Notes: generated from the sequence alone by a model not told the origin. Positions 46,666 to 55,840 are shown, counted from the stretch's first letter. The stretch is DNA of 64,000 nucleotides from Chloroflexota bacterium (GCA_035652535.1 DASRDP010000013.1:6016-70015); one strand, 5' to 3'. Program-made: numbers and translations.

Positions 46666-48618
46666 TCATCCGACCGGCCGCGGGCTGCTGCACAGCTCTC
46701 GGACCTGAACCGGGAACTCCTTGATGTTCAGCGGCTTCGTGAGATACCCGTCAAAGCCTGCGGAGGCGATCCGCTCCTGCTCGTCCTTCATGGCAAAGGC
46801 GGTTAGGGCGACGACCTTGACGTCCGCCGTCGCGCGATCGGCCCTGAGGTGCATGACCGCGGCGATGCCGTTCATCCCCGGGAGCTGGATGTCCATGAGC
46901 ACCAGATCGGGCAGGTGCCTCCGCGTGAGGGCGATCCCGTCTTCGGCGGTCTCGGCGGCCAGCGTGCGGAAGCCATGCACCTCGAGTGCGTCGCGCGCCA
47001 GGCGCACGTTCCGCTCATCGTCGTCGACGATCAAGACGAGGTGCGACCCCGGGTGCGTTTCCCGGGCGACCTCTTTGGTGACATCTCGCGCAAGCGGAGG
47101 AGGCTCCACGGCAACCGCTGGCTCGTCCACCGACGCCCGACGGACGAGGGGCAGGGTGAACGAGAACGTGCTGCCTTTGCCGAGCTGGCTTTCCAGCCAC
47201 ATCACGCCCCCATGGAGCTCGACGAAGTGCTTCGCCAGCGGAAGGCCGAGACCGGTCCCCTCGTGCTTGACGTGTGAGGAGGTGCCGACCTGCTGGAATT
47301 CTTCAAAGACCCGCGGCTGATCGGCTTCCGCGATTCCCACGCCGGTGTCCCTGACGGAGATCCGGAGATAGTCCCCGTCCGGTTGCGCTTCGACTGTGAT
47401 GGCCCCGGCGTCCGGAGTGAATTTCACGGCGTTGGAGAGGAGGTTGAACATGATCTGCTTGAACTTGCGCTCGTCGGCCTCGACGAGGTCCACTTGGGGC
47501 GAGACGTTCATCGACAGGGTGATGGCGTGGTTGGCGGCGCGCTCGCGCACGATCGACAGCGCGGATTGGAGCGCCTCCACCACCGAAAATGACGTCCGAT
47601 CCAGCTCCATCTTGCCCGCCTCGACCTTGGCCAGGTCGAGGATGTCGTTGATCAACGCGAGGAGGTGATTTCCCGAGTTCAGCACGTCGCGAAGATAGAC
47701 TTCTTGCTTCTCATTGAGCTGGCCGAAGCTCTTCTCGAGCAACAGCTCCGAGAATCCAATGATGGCGTTCAGCGGCGTGCGAAGCTCGTGGGACATGTTG
47801 GCGAGAAATTCCGACTTGTGCTGGTTCGCCAGCTCGAGCTGGCGGCTCTTTTCGGCGAGGTCCCGCGTGCGGTCCTGCACGCGGCGGTCCAGCTCGTCGC
47901 GAGATTGCCGAAGCGCCTCGAGGGAGCGACGCCATCCCGCCTCGGTCGTGCCCATGCGCTGGAGAATCCGCGCGAGGGTGCCGATCTCGTTGGGCCGCTT
48001 GGCGAGATCGTTCACGCTGTCAGGCTTGAACGTGTACGCGTCCAGCGCCTCTCCGGCCTTCCCGATTCGGACGACGGGCTCGCTGAGGAACCGGGCCACG
48101 AAGAGCGAGACGACGCCGCCGACGATAATCATGAGGACCGTCGGCCCGCCGGCCAGCTCGACCTGGTGGACGAAGGCCGCGGCCACGCGGCCCAGCGAAA
48201 GGGTCGCGAGCACGGCCCCCAGCGGCTCCCCTCGGACGCTCAGCAGCGGCGCCGCCGCCTTGACAGTGCCGCCATCGAACCGGCTCACCGGCGCCCGACG
48301 CGTGATCGCGTCGTTGAGACTCCGGGCATCCGAGTCGCTCAGGGGGCTGAGGCTCGCCTGTGGCCCGCTCATCGCGGTCGTGGTGGCGTCGGCGTCCACC
48401 ACGCGAATCGCGGTCACCGCACCGGTCGCCACGACGTTATTCAGGTAGCTCGCCACGTCCGCCTCGTCCGTGAGCTGCGCGACCGCCGCCGACACCACGA
48501 CGGCGTCCTGCTCGACCTGGGCTCTCGTCCCGTTCCACATGAGGGCGGCCGCGGTGAGCAGCATGGCGACGACCGTGAGCGAGGGGATGGTAATCGCCAT
48601 TTGGGCTCTAATGCGCAC
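46666..48618 (-). CDS. hybrid sensor histidine kinase (2 TM, periplasmic domain, HAMP, HisKA, HATPase_c, C-terminal REC)
   Basis: It has an H-box [14 protein letters not shown] and a C-terminal receiver [11 protein letters not shown]...[14 protein letters not shown]. Its stop lies 2 bp from the response-regulator-cyclase start. Confidence 0.85.
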   Translation of the reverse strand: MRIRAQMAITIPSLTVVAMLLTAAALMWNGTRAQVEQDAVVVSAAVAQLTDEADVASYLNNVVATGAVTAIRVVDADATTTAMSGPQASLSPLSDSDARSLNDAITRRAPVSRFDGGTVKAAAPLLSVRGEPLGAVLATLSLGRVAAAFVHQVELAGGPTVLMIIVGGVVSLFVARFLSEPVVRIGKAGEALDAYTFKPDSVNDLAKRPNEIGTLARILQRMGTTEAGWRRSLEALRQSRDELDRRVQDRTRDLAEKSRQLELANQHKSEFLANMSHELRTPLNAIIGFSELLLEKSFGQLNEKQEVYLRDVLNSGNHLLALINDILDLAKVEAGKMELDRTSFSVVEALQSALSIVRERAANHAITLSMNVSPQVDLVEADERKFKQIMFNLLSNAVKFTPDAGAITVEAQPDGDYLRISVRDTGVGIAEADQPRVFEEFQQVGTSSHVKHEGTGLGLPLAKHFVELHGGVMWLESQLGKGSTFSFTLPLVRRASVDEPAVAVEPPPLARDVTKEVARETHPGSHLVLIVDDDERNVRLARDALEVHGFRTLAAETAEDGIALTRRHLPDLVLMDIQLPGMNGIAAVMHLRADRATADVKVVALTAFAMKDEQERIASAGFDGYLTKPLNIKEFPVQVRELCSSPRPVG

Positions 48619-48784
48619 GAAACGTCCTTTCGCAGCGCCGCGCGAGGGGCCGCCGGTCTGGCAGCTGGCTTGGCGGGCGGGCGACGGGTGAGGCTGGCGG
48701 CGTCAAACCGTCACCCCTCCTTCCGCACGCTGGTGACTATCGTCGGAACATGCTGCGTCGTTGGCACCGTATTGCGTGGGCAAT

Positions 48785-48860
48785 GTTATTACAAAATCGT
48801 AAACACCTCAATTGTCGCGTGACGATAGCATTACGAACTCATGCAATGAGACGTATGTGT
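48785..48860. promoter_or_regulatory. conserved bipartite AT-rich intergenic element, copy A
   Basis: It contains TTACAAAATCGTA, then TAGCATTACGAACTC exactly 37 bp later. It lies in a roughly 130-bp AT-rich island unusual for this genome, about 50 bp past the stop of the methyltransferase gene and about 170 bp upstream of the hybrid histidine kinase start. Confidence 0.5.
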
Positions 48861-48915
48861 GCCATAAGAACGAGTTAAGAACGCAGGCGATACATGTCCG
48901 CATCAAGTCTCAGCC

Positions 48916-49641
48916 CTATGCGCGCCGATATCCTCCGAGCAGCGTCATGCCAAGCCTCTTCCAGAAGCAATCGACGGCTTCGAAGCCGGCATCCCGCAAG
49001 AACCCGAGGTGCTCGCCGACCGTGTCCCAGTAGTGGCCAGGCGTGGGCGCGCGGCTCCCCCGATCGGGGTCGGCGTCCACGGGCTCCCCTCTCAGGATCC
49101 GCCCCGCGTCGCGGTACCGCGCGCGCAGATACGGGTCGCTCGGGAGGATTCCGTCCAGATTCAAAAAGCAGCCGCCTGGCGTAAGGGCGCCGTAGATCGC
49201 CGCGTAAAGCCGCCGCTTCTTTTCGGCCGGCAGGTGGTGGATCGCCCGCGACGACACCACGGCTTCGAACGACGAGCGGAACTCGGCGGGCAGATCTCCA
49301 TCGATGAAATCCCCGAGCTGGTAGCGAAATCGCTCTCCGTAGGCCGCCATTCGCTCGTTCGCGATATCGCGCATTGGCTCGGAAACGTCCAGCCCGACGG
49401 CGCGTGCGTTCGGAAACGCGTCCAGCACCAGGGCGGCGACCGCGCCCTGACCCGTCCCCACGTCCAGGACACGAATGGATCCTTCTCGCGCGAACGGGAT
49501 CAGGCTCACCATCACCCGAAAGCCGTCCGCCCGCTGCATTGCGTCTCGATCGGTCCGCTCCACGTATTCCCGGGCGAGGGACGGGTCGTTCCACGCGTGG
49601 CCGTAGCGTTCCACATAGGCCTGCCCCGTGAGCTGCTGCAT
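48916..49641 (-). CDS. class I SAM-dependent methyltransferase
   Basis: Motif I VLDVGTGQG is present. Confidence 0.8.
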   Translation of the reverse strand: MQQLTGQAYVERYGHAWNDPSLAREYVERTDRDAMQRADGFRVMVSLIPFAREGSIRVLDVGTGQGAVAALVLDAFPNARAVGLDVSEPMRDIANERMAAYGERFRYQLGDFIDGDLPAEFRSSFEAVVSSRAIHHLPAEKKRRLYAAIYGALTPGGCFLNLDGILPSDPYLRARYRDAGRILRGEPVDADPDRGSRAPTPGHYWDTVGEHLGFLRDAGFEAVDCFWKRLGMTLLGGYRRA

Positions 49642-49763
49642 CTGAACCTCCGTTCCAGTCCTTTTGGTCGCCGATCATATCCCATGGAGTCCGAACGCGC
49701 CGGCGCCGCCGGACACGGTGGTACACTGCGCATGACTCGTCCGTTCGATCCCGGAGGTCAGCC

Positions 49764-50954
49764 GTGCGCTTCTACATGTTCCACCTCATGCCGTGGCCAT
49801 ACTTGCCCGACGACTTCGGGCAGACGCACGATACCGCCTGGGTGATCTGCGAGAACACCCTCTACGACGCCGAGCGCGGACACGACCTCTACAACCGCTA
49901 CCTGGACGAGCTCGCGCTGACCGACACCCTCGGCTTCGATGGCGTTTGTGTCAACGAGCACCACCAGAACGCGTACGGCCTGATGCCGTCGCCCAACATC
50001 ATCGCGGCCTGCCTGAGTCAGCGCACCACCCGCGTCAAGATCGTCATCCTCGGCAACGTGCTCAGCATCTACGACCATCCGCTTCGGGTTGCCGAAGAGG
50101 TCGCCATGCTGGATGTGATCAGTGGCGGGCGCGTGGTCTCCGGCCAAGTCGTCGGCACGGGAAACGAGTTCTTCTCTTACAACGTCAACCCCACCTACGC
50201 GCGCGAGCGCTACCACGAGGCGCACGACCTGATCCTGAAAGCCTGGGCGGAGCCGGGCCCGTTCGCCTGGGAGGGCAAGCACTACCGGTTCCGGTACGTG
50301 AACGTCTGGCCGCGGCCCCTGCAGCGACCACACCCGCCGGTCTGGATTCCGGGCTCGGGCTCCTACGAGACGATCGACTGGGTGGCGAAGCAGCGCTATA
50401 CGTACATGGTGCTGCCAACCCTCGCGCCGTACGCGCTGCGCGCACGAACGGCCGAGCTGTTTCGGGAGGCGTGCCAGCGTGAGGGCTATACGGCGCGGCA
50501 CGAGCAGATTGGCTGGGGCGTGGGCATCTACGTCGCGGAGTCGGATGCGCGCGCCGTCGAGGAGTACGAGCCGCACTTCTGGTACTACGCCAAGAACCTG
50601 CTCCGAAATCGGGAGACCTTCAATCATCCCCCCGGCCACTCCTCGGTCGCATCCATGCTCGGGCTGCTCGAGGCGCGGCGCAAGGGGCGGCCGGGCAACT
50701 TCTCGACGTGGGAGGAGATTCAAAAGGAGGGCTTTGTCATCGTGGGCAGCCCCGCTACTGTCCGTGACCGGATTAAAGAGATCGCCAGCCACACCGGGCT
50801 GGGGACGCTCCTCCCCAACTTTTCCGTGGGCAACCAGCCATACGCGATGACGCGCACGAGCATGGAGCTATTCGCCAGCGAGGTCATGCCCGCGCTGCGC
50901 GACGTCAACGTCGATACCCCGATCGAGCCCGCGCTGGCACGAGCCACGGCGTGA
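49764..50954 (+). CDS. LLM-class flavin-dependent oxidoreductase
   Basis: It has a luciferase-like TIM-barrel (NEHHQNAYG, LGNV). Confidence 0.85.
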   Translation: MRFYMFHLMPWPYLPDDFGQTHDTAWVICENTLYDAERGHDLYNRYLDELALTDTLGFDGVCVNEHHQNAYGLMPSPNIIAACLSQRTTRVKIVILGNVLSIYDHPLRVAEEVAMLDVISGGRVVSGQVVGTGNEFFSYNVNPTYARERYHEAHDLILKAWAEPGPFAWEGKHYRFRYVNVWPRPLQRPHPPVWIPGSGSYETIDWVAKQRYTYMVLPTLAPYALRARTAELFREACQREGYTARHEQIGWGVGIYVAESDARAVEEYEPHFWYYAKNLLRNRETFNHPPGHSSVASMLGLLEARRKGRPGNFSTWEEIQKEGFVIVGSPATVRDRIKEIASHTGLGTLLPNFSVGNQPYAMTRTSMELFASEVMPALRDVNVDTPIEPALARATA

Positions 50955-51718
50955 CGGAGGAGACGGTCCGGGAGATCGGCGGCTACTCCACCCGGCTCCT
51001 GCAAGCGGGCCTGGGCCCCGACGTCATCTGGCTGCATGACACGCTGGGAAACCTGTGGACGCCTGGCCACGAGGCCCTCTCGCGCGGCGCGCACGTGATC
51101 GCGCCGACCCTCCCCGGATTCGACGACTCGACGAATCTCGATGGCATCGATGAGCCCGAGGACGTGGTTTTCTGGCTGCTCGATCTCCTGTCGGAGCTAC
51201 GGCTCGATCGTCCGGCGGTGCTCGGTTGCGGGCTGGGCGGGTGGATGGCAGCCGAGCTGGCCGTTCGCTACCCGGAGCGCGTCGGCCGCCTGATCCTCGT
51301 CGACGCATATGGCCTCCACGTCGACGGTGCGCTGCCGGCAGACGAATTCGCGCTTCCGACTCCTGCGCTTCGCCCGCTCCTGTTCCGTGAGCCAGACGGC
51401 GCGCTGGCGCTCCAGTGGCTCCCCAATGTCGTTCCTCCGGAACGCGCGGCGGGCGTTCTCCACGCGCGTGTGGCCGCCGCGCGCCTGGCGTGGCAGTTTC
51501 CCTACTCCCCGAAGCTCCGGGGCAGGCTCCGGCGCGCGAATATGCCGTCGCTGATCCTCTGGGGCGCCCACGATGGCCTGGTGTCCACCGCGCACGCCCG
51601 CGCCTATGCGGACGAGCTGCCACGCTCGCGCAGCGTCGTGGTTGAGTCCGCGGCCCACTACCCCTACATCGAGGAACCGGACCGCTTCGCCGACGAAGTT
51701 CGGCGCTTCATCAGCTAA
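50951..51718 (+). CDS. alpha/beta-hydrolase-fold protein with nucleophile Ser replaced (G-C-G-L-G-G elbow)
   Basis: It has an MhpC/BphD-like alpha/beta fold and a GTG start overlapping the LLM stop. Catalytic Asp (WGAHDG) and His (SAAHYP) are retained, but the elbow reads LGCGLGG instead of G-x-S-x-G. Confidence 0.7.
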   Translation: MTEETVREIGGYSTRLLQAGLGPDVIWLHDTLGNLWTPGHEALSRGAHVIAPTLPGFDDSTNLDGIDEPEDVVFWLLDLLSELRLDRPAVLGCGLGGWMAAELAVRYPERVGRLILVDAYGLHVDGALPADEFALPTPALRPLLFREPDGALALQWLPNVVPPERAAGVLHARVAAARLAWQFPYSPKLRGRLRRANMPSLILWGAHDGLVSTAHARAYADELPRSRSVVVESAAHYPYIEEPDRFADEVRRFIS

Positions 51719-51740
51719 CGGGGCGGGTCCGCGACGGATT

Positions 51741-52256
51741 CTAGAATCGGTCCCAGTGCACGAACTGTTCGATGGGCTTGCGGGGCTGGGGGTTCTTCGG
51801 GCGGGCGCGCCGAACGGCCTCGTCCACGTGACCCACCGCTACGACGGAAAACGACCGTCGGTCGGGTGGGATCCCGAAGTACTCGCGGGCGGCGGCGATC
51901 CCGTCCCCTTTCAGCGTGGCGACGGTCGATCCAAGCCCGTGCGCGGCCGCGGCCAGGTTGAGCCGCTCCGCCAGCCGCCCTTCGTCGAAGGCGGCGGCAT
52001 CGCTGTTGCTGACGATCAAGAACACCGCGGCAGCCGTCGGGGCGGGATTGGCGCCCCATTCCCCCATCTTGCGCTTGGCCTCTGGGTCGCGCACCACGAT
52101 CACTTCCCAGGGCTGCCGGTTGCTCGCGCTTCCGGTCCAGCGCCCGACCGTGATGATGTCGTCGATGACGGCGTCCGGCACCGGCTCCGGCGTGAACGCC
52201 TTCGTCGAGCGGAGGCGCCGCAGGAATTCGATGCGCTCACGGGCTGACTCCGTCAT
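51741..52256 (-). CDS. nitroreductase family protein
   Basis: It has a nitroreductase fold and is about 171 aa. Confidence 0.8.
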   Translation of the reverse strand: MTESARERIEFLRRLRSTKAFTPEPVPDAVIDDIITVGRWTGSASNRQPWEVIVVRDPEAKRKMGEWGANPAPTAAAVFLIVSNSDAAAFDEGRLAERLNLAAAAHGLGSTVATLKGDGIAAAREYFGIPPDRRSFSVVAVGHVDEAVRRARPKNPQPRKPIEQFVHWDRF

Positions 52257-52292
52257 CCCCCATACCTCGATCGATGTCGCACAGACACGAAT

Positions 52293-52769
52293 TCAGTCCC
52301 GCTTGTGGTAAACACGGTCGTCCTTCTCGCTGATGCCACCCACCTTGGCTGATATTCGGTACATCACGAGGGGCTCGGAGCCAGAGTTCTCAAACCAGTA
52401 CATGGTGTTCCGTGGCACCAGCACGGCCTGGGTTCGACCGGCTCGCGCGAGGATCCCATCATCAGCGCCGTGAAAGGTGACCTCTCCTTCGACGACGACC
52501 CACACCGCGTCCCCGTCGGTGTGGTGGTGAAGGGCAACTTCTCCGCCCTCGTCCCAGTGGTGAAGCAGGACGCTGAGCAGCTCGCTGCGCGCCAGCCGCT
52601 TTACGTTGCGCTCACTGGGATTCCAGTCGGTGTTGACGACCTCAACCGGGCTTTTTGGCACTGGCCTTGCGTTCGATAGCTCCACCACCGGTATTACCTC
52701 CAACGGTAACATCCGCAAATTTGTCCCAGCACATTCAACCCGGGACCCGGGGGGCATGTCAACCATCAT
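52293..52769 (-). CDS. cupin domain protein
   Basis: Only the 3' roughly 477 nt of the long ORF 52293..53657 is cupin-like (HHHTDGDAVWVVVEGEV...). The 5' part is the antisense frame of the aldolase gene. Confidence 0.5.
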   Translation of the reverse strand: MMVDMPPGSRVECAGTNLRMLPLEVIPVVELSNARPVPKSPVEVVNTDWNPSERNVKRLARSELLSVLLHHWDEGGEVALHHHTDGDAVWVVVEGEVTFHGADDGILARAGRTQAVLVPRNTMYWFENSGSEPLVMYRISAKVGGISEKDDRVYHKRD

Positions 52770-52916
52770 CGTTCGGTAACCGTTTCTCCGTGGGCACCAC
52801 GCCCGGCGCGTTGGCTTTCCTGCATCGGGCTCGCCCGTCGTTCGTCTCACCGAGCCTCGCGCTACAATCGCGGAACGCCGTCGGCACACGTCGGCCGGAA
52901 TGGATCGAGGGAGGCG

Positions 52917-53633
52917 ATGATGACCAGTGCGGAAGAGGAAGCGCGGGAGAAGCTGGCCCAATGCGCGCGGGCCCTCGCCCGGATCGATTGTCTCGGCCTT
53001 GGGGGCCACGTCAGTCTCCGGATTCCGAAGAGCGACCTCATCTTGATCACGCCTGGTGGCGGGCTTGACAAGACCCGGCTGCGCGCCGGCGACATGTCGG
53101 TCATGGATGCGACCGGCAAGCACGTGGGCGGGCCGTATCCACCACCGCTCGAGTGGCCGATCCATACCGCGGTCCACGCCGCGCGCCCTGAGCTGGACTC
53201 CGTCGCGCACCTCCATCCGCACTGGTCGACGATCTTCGGCGTGCTGGACAGACCCATGGACGCGGTCCTGCTCGGGGCGGCGCGCCTCGGCGATCGGATT
53301 CCCTGGTTCGAGGTGCCCAAGCTCGTCACGTCGCCGGCGCTCGGCGAAGAGCTGCGAGCGGCGCTCGCCGACGCCCCGGCCGTGCTCATGCGTTGGCACG
53401 GAAGCACGGTGGTTGGCGACACCATCGAGGAGATGTTCGAGCGGGCCAGGGTCATCGAAGACAACGCTCGCCTCCTCTGGGAAGCGAGCCTCATCGGAAA
53501 GGTCGTGCCCGTGCCTCGATCCATCGGCGGGCCGCAGGTTCGTGGCGCCTCTCGAACCCTCGGCTACTACGCCAATTTGGAGCGCCCCACCGACGATCAG
53601 CAATGGATCGGAACCGAGCGGCTCGAACCCTGA
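52917..53633 (+). CDS. class II aldolase/adducin-family protein (possible decarboxylase/aldolase)
   Basis: It has the Aldolase_II fold (LGLGGHVSLRIP... HLHPHWSTIF). A GGAGG ribosome-binding site lies upstream. Confidence 0.8.
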   Translation: MMTSAEEEAREKLAQCARALARIDCLGLGGHVSLRIPKSDLILITPGGGLDKTRLRAGDMSVMDATGKHVGGPYPPPLEWPIHTAVHAARPELDSVAHLHPHWSTIFGVLDRPMDAVLLGAARLGDRIPWFEVPKLVTSPALGEELRAALADAPAVLMRWHGSTVVGDTIEEMFERARVIEDNARLLWEASLIGKVVPVPRSIGGPQVRGASRTLGYYANLERPTDDQQWIGTERLEP

Positions 53634-53686
53634 CTCTGGGGTGATAGAATCGCGCAATCGTCCACAGCGATCGGGAGGAGGACGCG

Positions 53687-54694
53687 ATGCTCGACGATCA
53701 GCGACCGGGAACCGTCCATTGGATCGATCACTACGCGGTCGGTACGAACGACCTGGAGCGGTGGGTTGAGTTTCACGAGCGGGTTCTCGGCGCCCGAACG
53801 ATTCGCCCCAACCGCCCCAACCCGATCAACATCTTTCAGGAGTTCACGGGCGGACGGCACGGCGGATTCGTGCAGCAGGCGACGCTTCCTCCGAGCGCCG
53901 GTCCCGGCAAGGGGCTGCCGCGCTACGGCTTTTTCGTCCGACAGGCGGACATCGACGAGCATCTGCGGCGTCTCGACGACTGCCGCGCGGCGCATACCGG
54001 CGCCATTCGCACGTCCAGCGACGGGGAAGAGGGGATCGCCGTCTACTGGGAAGACCCAGACGGGAATCAGTTCGAATTCTGGGCCCCGAACACCCTGCCG
54101 GAGGGCGCCATGGACGGCTGCGGACCGCTGAAGATCGGCCGCATCAGCCACGGGGTGTTCGAGTCACGCGACCTCCAGCGCACCGCCGCGTTCTTCGATA
54201 AATACTGCGCCCTCGAGCCGATGTCGAGCGCCGATCTGGCTCCCGATACCCTGGTGCTGCCCCTGGCCGCGGGCGGTCGGCTGGTATTTAAGAAGACCGA
54301 CATGCCTGGGGAGCGCACGACTGGCCGTGGGATCCTGCGCGACGTTCACACGGCTCTAGTGCTCCGGCCCGAGGACTTCTGGCCGGCCTACGAGCGCATG
54401 TGGGCAGACTTGCCCGAGTGGGACTTCGACGCCGAGCGCGACGGGGTGTTCGCTGGCGACTGGCAGAGCCTTCCCGCGCGCACAGCCGTCCATCCGAGTC
54501 CTGCCGGGCGAGCGTGGCACGCCGCGTACGGCCGGGGTGACGACTGGTACGATCCGGACACCAACCTGTTCCACTTCTTCGGGGGAACGCCCATCGACGG
54601 AAGCATGGCCCGATACGAGCCGCATTCCATCGAGGACTATGCGCAGGAGTACCTCGAGGCTCACGGCTTGCGCTACGACAAGCCCAAGTATTAG
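53687..54694 (+). CDS. two-domain VOC (glyoxalase/extradiol dioxygenase) family protein
   Basis: Two babbb VOC modules (HYAVGTNDLERWVEFHERVLGA and ISHGVFESRDLQRTAAFF) are present. Confidence 0.7.
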   Translation: MLDDQRPGTVHWIDHYAVGTNDLERWVEFHERVLGARTIRPNRPNPINIFQEFTGGRHGGFVQQATLPPSAGPGKGLPRYGFFVRQADIDEHLRRLDDCRAAHTGAIRTSSDGEEGIAVYWEDPDGNQFEFWAPNTLPEGAMDGCGPLKIGRISHGVFESRDLQRTAAFFDKYCALEPMSSADLAPDTLVLPLAAGGRLVFKKTDMPGERTTGRGILRDVHTALVLRPEDFWPAYERMWADLPEWDFDAERDGVFAGDWQSLPARTAVHPSPAGRAWHAAYGRGDDWYDPDTNLFHFFGGTPIDGSMARYEPHSIEDYAQEYLEAHGLRYDKPKY

Positions 54695-54762
54695 CGGGTC
54701 AGCTCGAGGTGGCGGCGGGGGGAAAAGCCCCGGCTACTAGATTGTGCCCGAGAAGTGGCCCA

Positions 54763-55200
54763 CTAGCGGTGCGACGCCGGCGGGCCGAGTTGAATGACCT
54801 CGCCCTCCGCGGGAGGACGTGCTAACCGCGCTTCGTCGGAGCAGGCGGGCCACAGATCGCGCAGCTCGCCGGCGAGCCGATCGGCATAGCCGCGCAGGGA
54901 CTCGACGAATCGAAGTGTGACATCCGTCCGGTCTGGACTCTGGCCACGGACCTCGTACGTCACGAGGGGCCAGGCGGCGGCGTTTTGCCCATCCCCCCGT
55001 CGCGCCGCGTACCATCCCGAGAACCATGGGGTCGCATAACGCCGGGTTCCCGGCGGCGACGCGTGGCGGAACACCACGACCATGTTGGCGTCCGGAGGCG
55101 ACGGGCGCCGGCCCCACACGGTGAAATCAAGCCATTCCAGGACGTACTGCTCGCGCCCGCCGAGAGAGACCTCGATGTGACCATCTGACGAATCGGCCAT
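54763..55200 (-). CDS. hypothetical protein
   Basis: I chose the internal ATG (MADSSDG..., AGGA 9 nt upstream) over the full ORF start at 55308. The longer version would run through the conserved non-coding AT-rich element. Confidence 0.45.
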   Translation of the reverse strand: MADSSDGHIEVSLGGREQYVLEWLDFTVWGRRPSPPDANMVVVFRHASPPGTRRYATPWFSGWYAARRGDGQNAAAWPLVTYEVRGQSPDRTDVTLRFVESLRGYADRLAGELRDLWPACSDEARLARPPAEGEVIQLGPPASHR

Positions 55201-55227
55201 CGGCGTGTTCCTAGACAACCGGGTAAC

Positions 55228-55303
55228 AACGTTACAAAAACGTACGCTTTGCGCTTTCTCCCTTATTCTAGCATTACAAATTCCTGAAACGAGAAGAGTG
55301 GCG
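55228..55303. promoter_or_regulatory. conserved bipartite AT-rich intergenic element, copy B
   Basis: It contains TTACAAAAACGTA, then TAGCATTACAAATTC exactly 37 bp later, start to start. It matches copy A in motif identity, spacing and flank. Confidence 0.5.
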
Positions 55304-55354
55304 TGCACCGCGCTGCATTGAGCGACGCGTTATGCTGCGATCCGGCACGAGCAA

Positions 55355-55840
55355 TTAGCACGCTTCATCCGCCTGCGGCGCCAACACTTGCGCGGACTCG
55401 GGTGCGTCCGTCACCTGTTGCTCGGCCAAGCGCATCTCGTGGTACTGCTGGGCCCTCGCCACCAGGTCGGCGTAACCGTACGTCCGCGACATCTCGCCGC
55501 CTTTCACAGACGCCTTCACGGAGAACCCCTCCGCGTCCTCGCGGATACTCACGTTGGTGGCCTTCATCTCGTCCAGGTCGCGGCCCAGCGTCCGCAGCAG
55601 CTCCGCTGGGCTGAACCGATGCATGCTGTTCTCGATGCCGCGGTGCATGGCCGCGGCCTTTCGCAGTGCCCAGACGTCCTGCGGCTGGTACCGCTTGTCC
55701 ATCCGGTGTCCGTGGCGATCCGTCCACGTGAGCTGGAGATGCAGCTCTCGGTCCTGGATCCGCACGTTGAGGGCCCGGATCTCCTCCAGGAATCGCCCGA
55801 GGGCCCGTAACGTATCCGAGTAGTCGCCTGGAGCGAGCAT
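55355..55840 (-). CDS. hypothetical protein with internal tandem duplication of a ~60-aa domain (paralog 1)
   Basis: It holds two repeats, LRALGRFLEEIRALNVRIQD... and LRTLGRDLDEMKATNVSIRE.... A paralog at 57630..58067 has the same two-repeat layout and a conserved (E/D)YSD.LRALGRFL.E N-terminus. Confidence 0.6.
   Translation of the reverse strand: MLAPGDYSDTLRALGRFLEEIRALNVRIQDRELHLQLTWTDRHGHRMDKRYQPQDVWALRKAAAMHRGIENSMHRFSPAELLRTLGRDLDEMKATNVSIREDAEGFSVKASVKGGEMSRTYGYADLVARAQQYHEMRLAEQQVTDAPESAQVLAPQADEAC

Noticed and set aside
48812-49033. Small ORF 48812..49033 + (73 aa) beginning inside AT-rich element copy A
   Set aside because: It runs antisense into the methyltransferase gene. The corresponding frame in copy B hits a stop after 5 codons, so it is not conserved.
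52770-53657. 5' two-thirds of ORF 52293..53657 - (454 aa)
   Set aside because: Only the C-terminal roughly 158 aa are cupin-like. The upstream part is the antisense frame of the class II aldolase gene (52917..53633 +) and has low-complexity composition. The gene was shortened to 52293..52769.
55201-55308. N-terminal extension of ORF 54763..55308 - (start at 55308)
   Set aside because: It would run through the AT-rich element (copy B). That element is homologous to a clearly non-coding copy at 48785..48860. The internal ATG at 55200 has an AGGA ribosome-binding site.
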